A DNA stretch of 64,000 nt, taken from the NCBI GenBank assembly GCA_963845755.1, contig CAWJTV010000047.1, forward strand, positions 96,001-160,000, written 5' to 3'. The stretch comes from an uncultured Planctomycetota bacterium (GTDB lineage Bacteria; Planctomycetota; Planctomycetia; Isosphaerales; Isosphaeraceae). Shown in pieces: positions 63,363 through 64,000 of the stretch. The notes under the pieces are model-generated. The model did not search any database and was not told the DNA's origin. It saw nothing but the letters and a program-made list of their open reading frames with translations. Within the stretch, counting starts at the first letter, position 1; the number at the start of each line of letters is the position of its first letter. Position numbers and translations under genes: made by a program.

Positions 63363-64000
63363 ATGGTTCCGTTCCGGCTGCGGTGGCTTCCGGGCTTCAC
63401 GATCCTGCTCACGGCATCCGCCACGAGCGGGCTGAGGGCCTCCGACGCCTCGCCCGAGGAGGTGCTCAAGTCGCATCACCTGAAGCGGGTGGGCACGACT
63501 TACGTCATCCCCGCCGACTCCGAGGTTCAGAAGAAGACCAGTGCACTCAAGGTCCTCTCGGGACAATTGAACCTGGCTGTGCGCCGGCAACAGAACAACG
63601 AGCGGGAGATCGAGGACCAGCAAGTCATGTTGCGCGAGCTGATCCAGCGTCGCGTCGCGCTCCATGACACGATCGTCGGGTTGGACCAGCAGCTCAACGC
63701 CTCGGCCGGGCCGGCTCGCGTCAATCCGTTCGTCGCCGCCCAGCGCAATGACGTGGTCATTCAACGCAATCAGCTCGTCGCGAACATCAATGGGGTCTCG
63801 GATCGAATCGGGCTTCTCCAGACCAGCGAAGCGGCCGATCCCAAGGTCCGAAATCAGATCGAGGGAGAACTCTCGCGGCGGCGCGAGTCGTTCATCCAGG
63901 CCGTCCTGGACCTCCGCCAACTGGTCAACGCCGCGACCAGCGCATACGTCGAGCTCGGCCACGATGACGAGGTTCAAGGGGCGCTCGCCGCCCTCGGCCG
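63363..64000 (+). CDS. Paralogous secreted coiled-coil protein, partial (runs off window end)
   Basis: GGAGGAG RBS; MVPFRLRWLPGFTILL...EEVLKSHHLKRVGTTYVIPADSEVQKKT resembles the preceding gene; open to the end. Confidence 0.7.
   Translation, partial: MVPFRLRWLPGFTILLTASATSGLRASDASPEEVLKSHHLKRVGTTYVIPADSEVQKKTSALKVLSGQLNLAVRRQQNNEREIEDQQVMLRELIQRRVALHDTIVGLDQQLNASAGPARVNPFVAAQRNDVVIQRNQLVANINGVSDRIGLLQTSEAADPKVRNQIEGELSRRRESFIQAVLDLRQLVNAATSAYVELGHDDEVQGALAALG

Overview
GC-rich bacterial DNA with strong planctomycete hallmarks (probably Isosphaeraceae-like, by inference): a DUF1559 prepilin-like protein, three ECF sigma / Ser-Thr kinase pairs, an LEARALL-type extracellular protein, Uma2 and a YTV-like protein. 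Core and metabolic genes include priA (partial), nadD, a VOC protein, phosphoketolase plus acetate kinase, a Tat-exported SMP-30 lactonase, a serine hydrolase, a TetR-YbhGFSR-like efflux operon, an MFS transporter, an NYN protein and a divergent DnaA paralog. Highlights: (1) an NAD-linked formate dehydrogenase operon whose catalytic subunit has an in-frame UGA at the active site followed by a SECIS-like hairpin (selenocysteine), and whose alpha chain is split and reordered; (2) a 142-154 bp composite palindromic repeat (7 copies at 3 loci) built from GAWTC heptamers, alongside other REP/MITE-like elements; (3) a secreted caspase-like/PDZ protein next to two secreted repeat proteins. About 18 apparent small frameshifts in otherwise intact genes suggest assembly errors, so many CDS coordinates below span joined frames. 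All calls come from motif recognition by eye; no searches were run.
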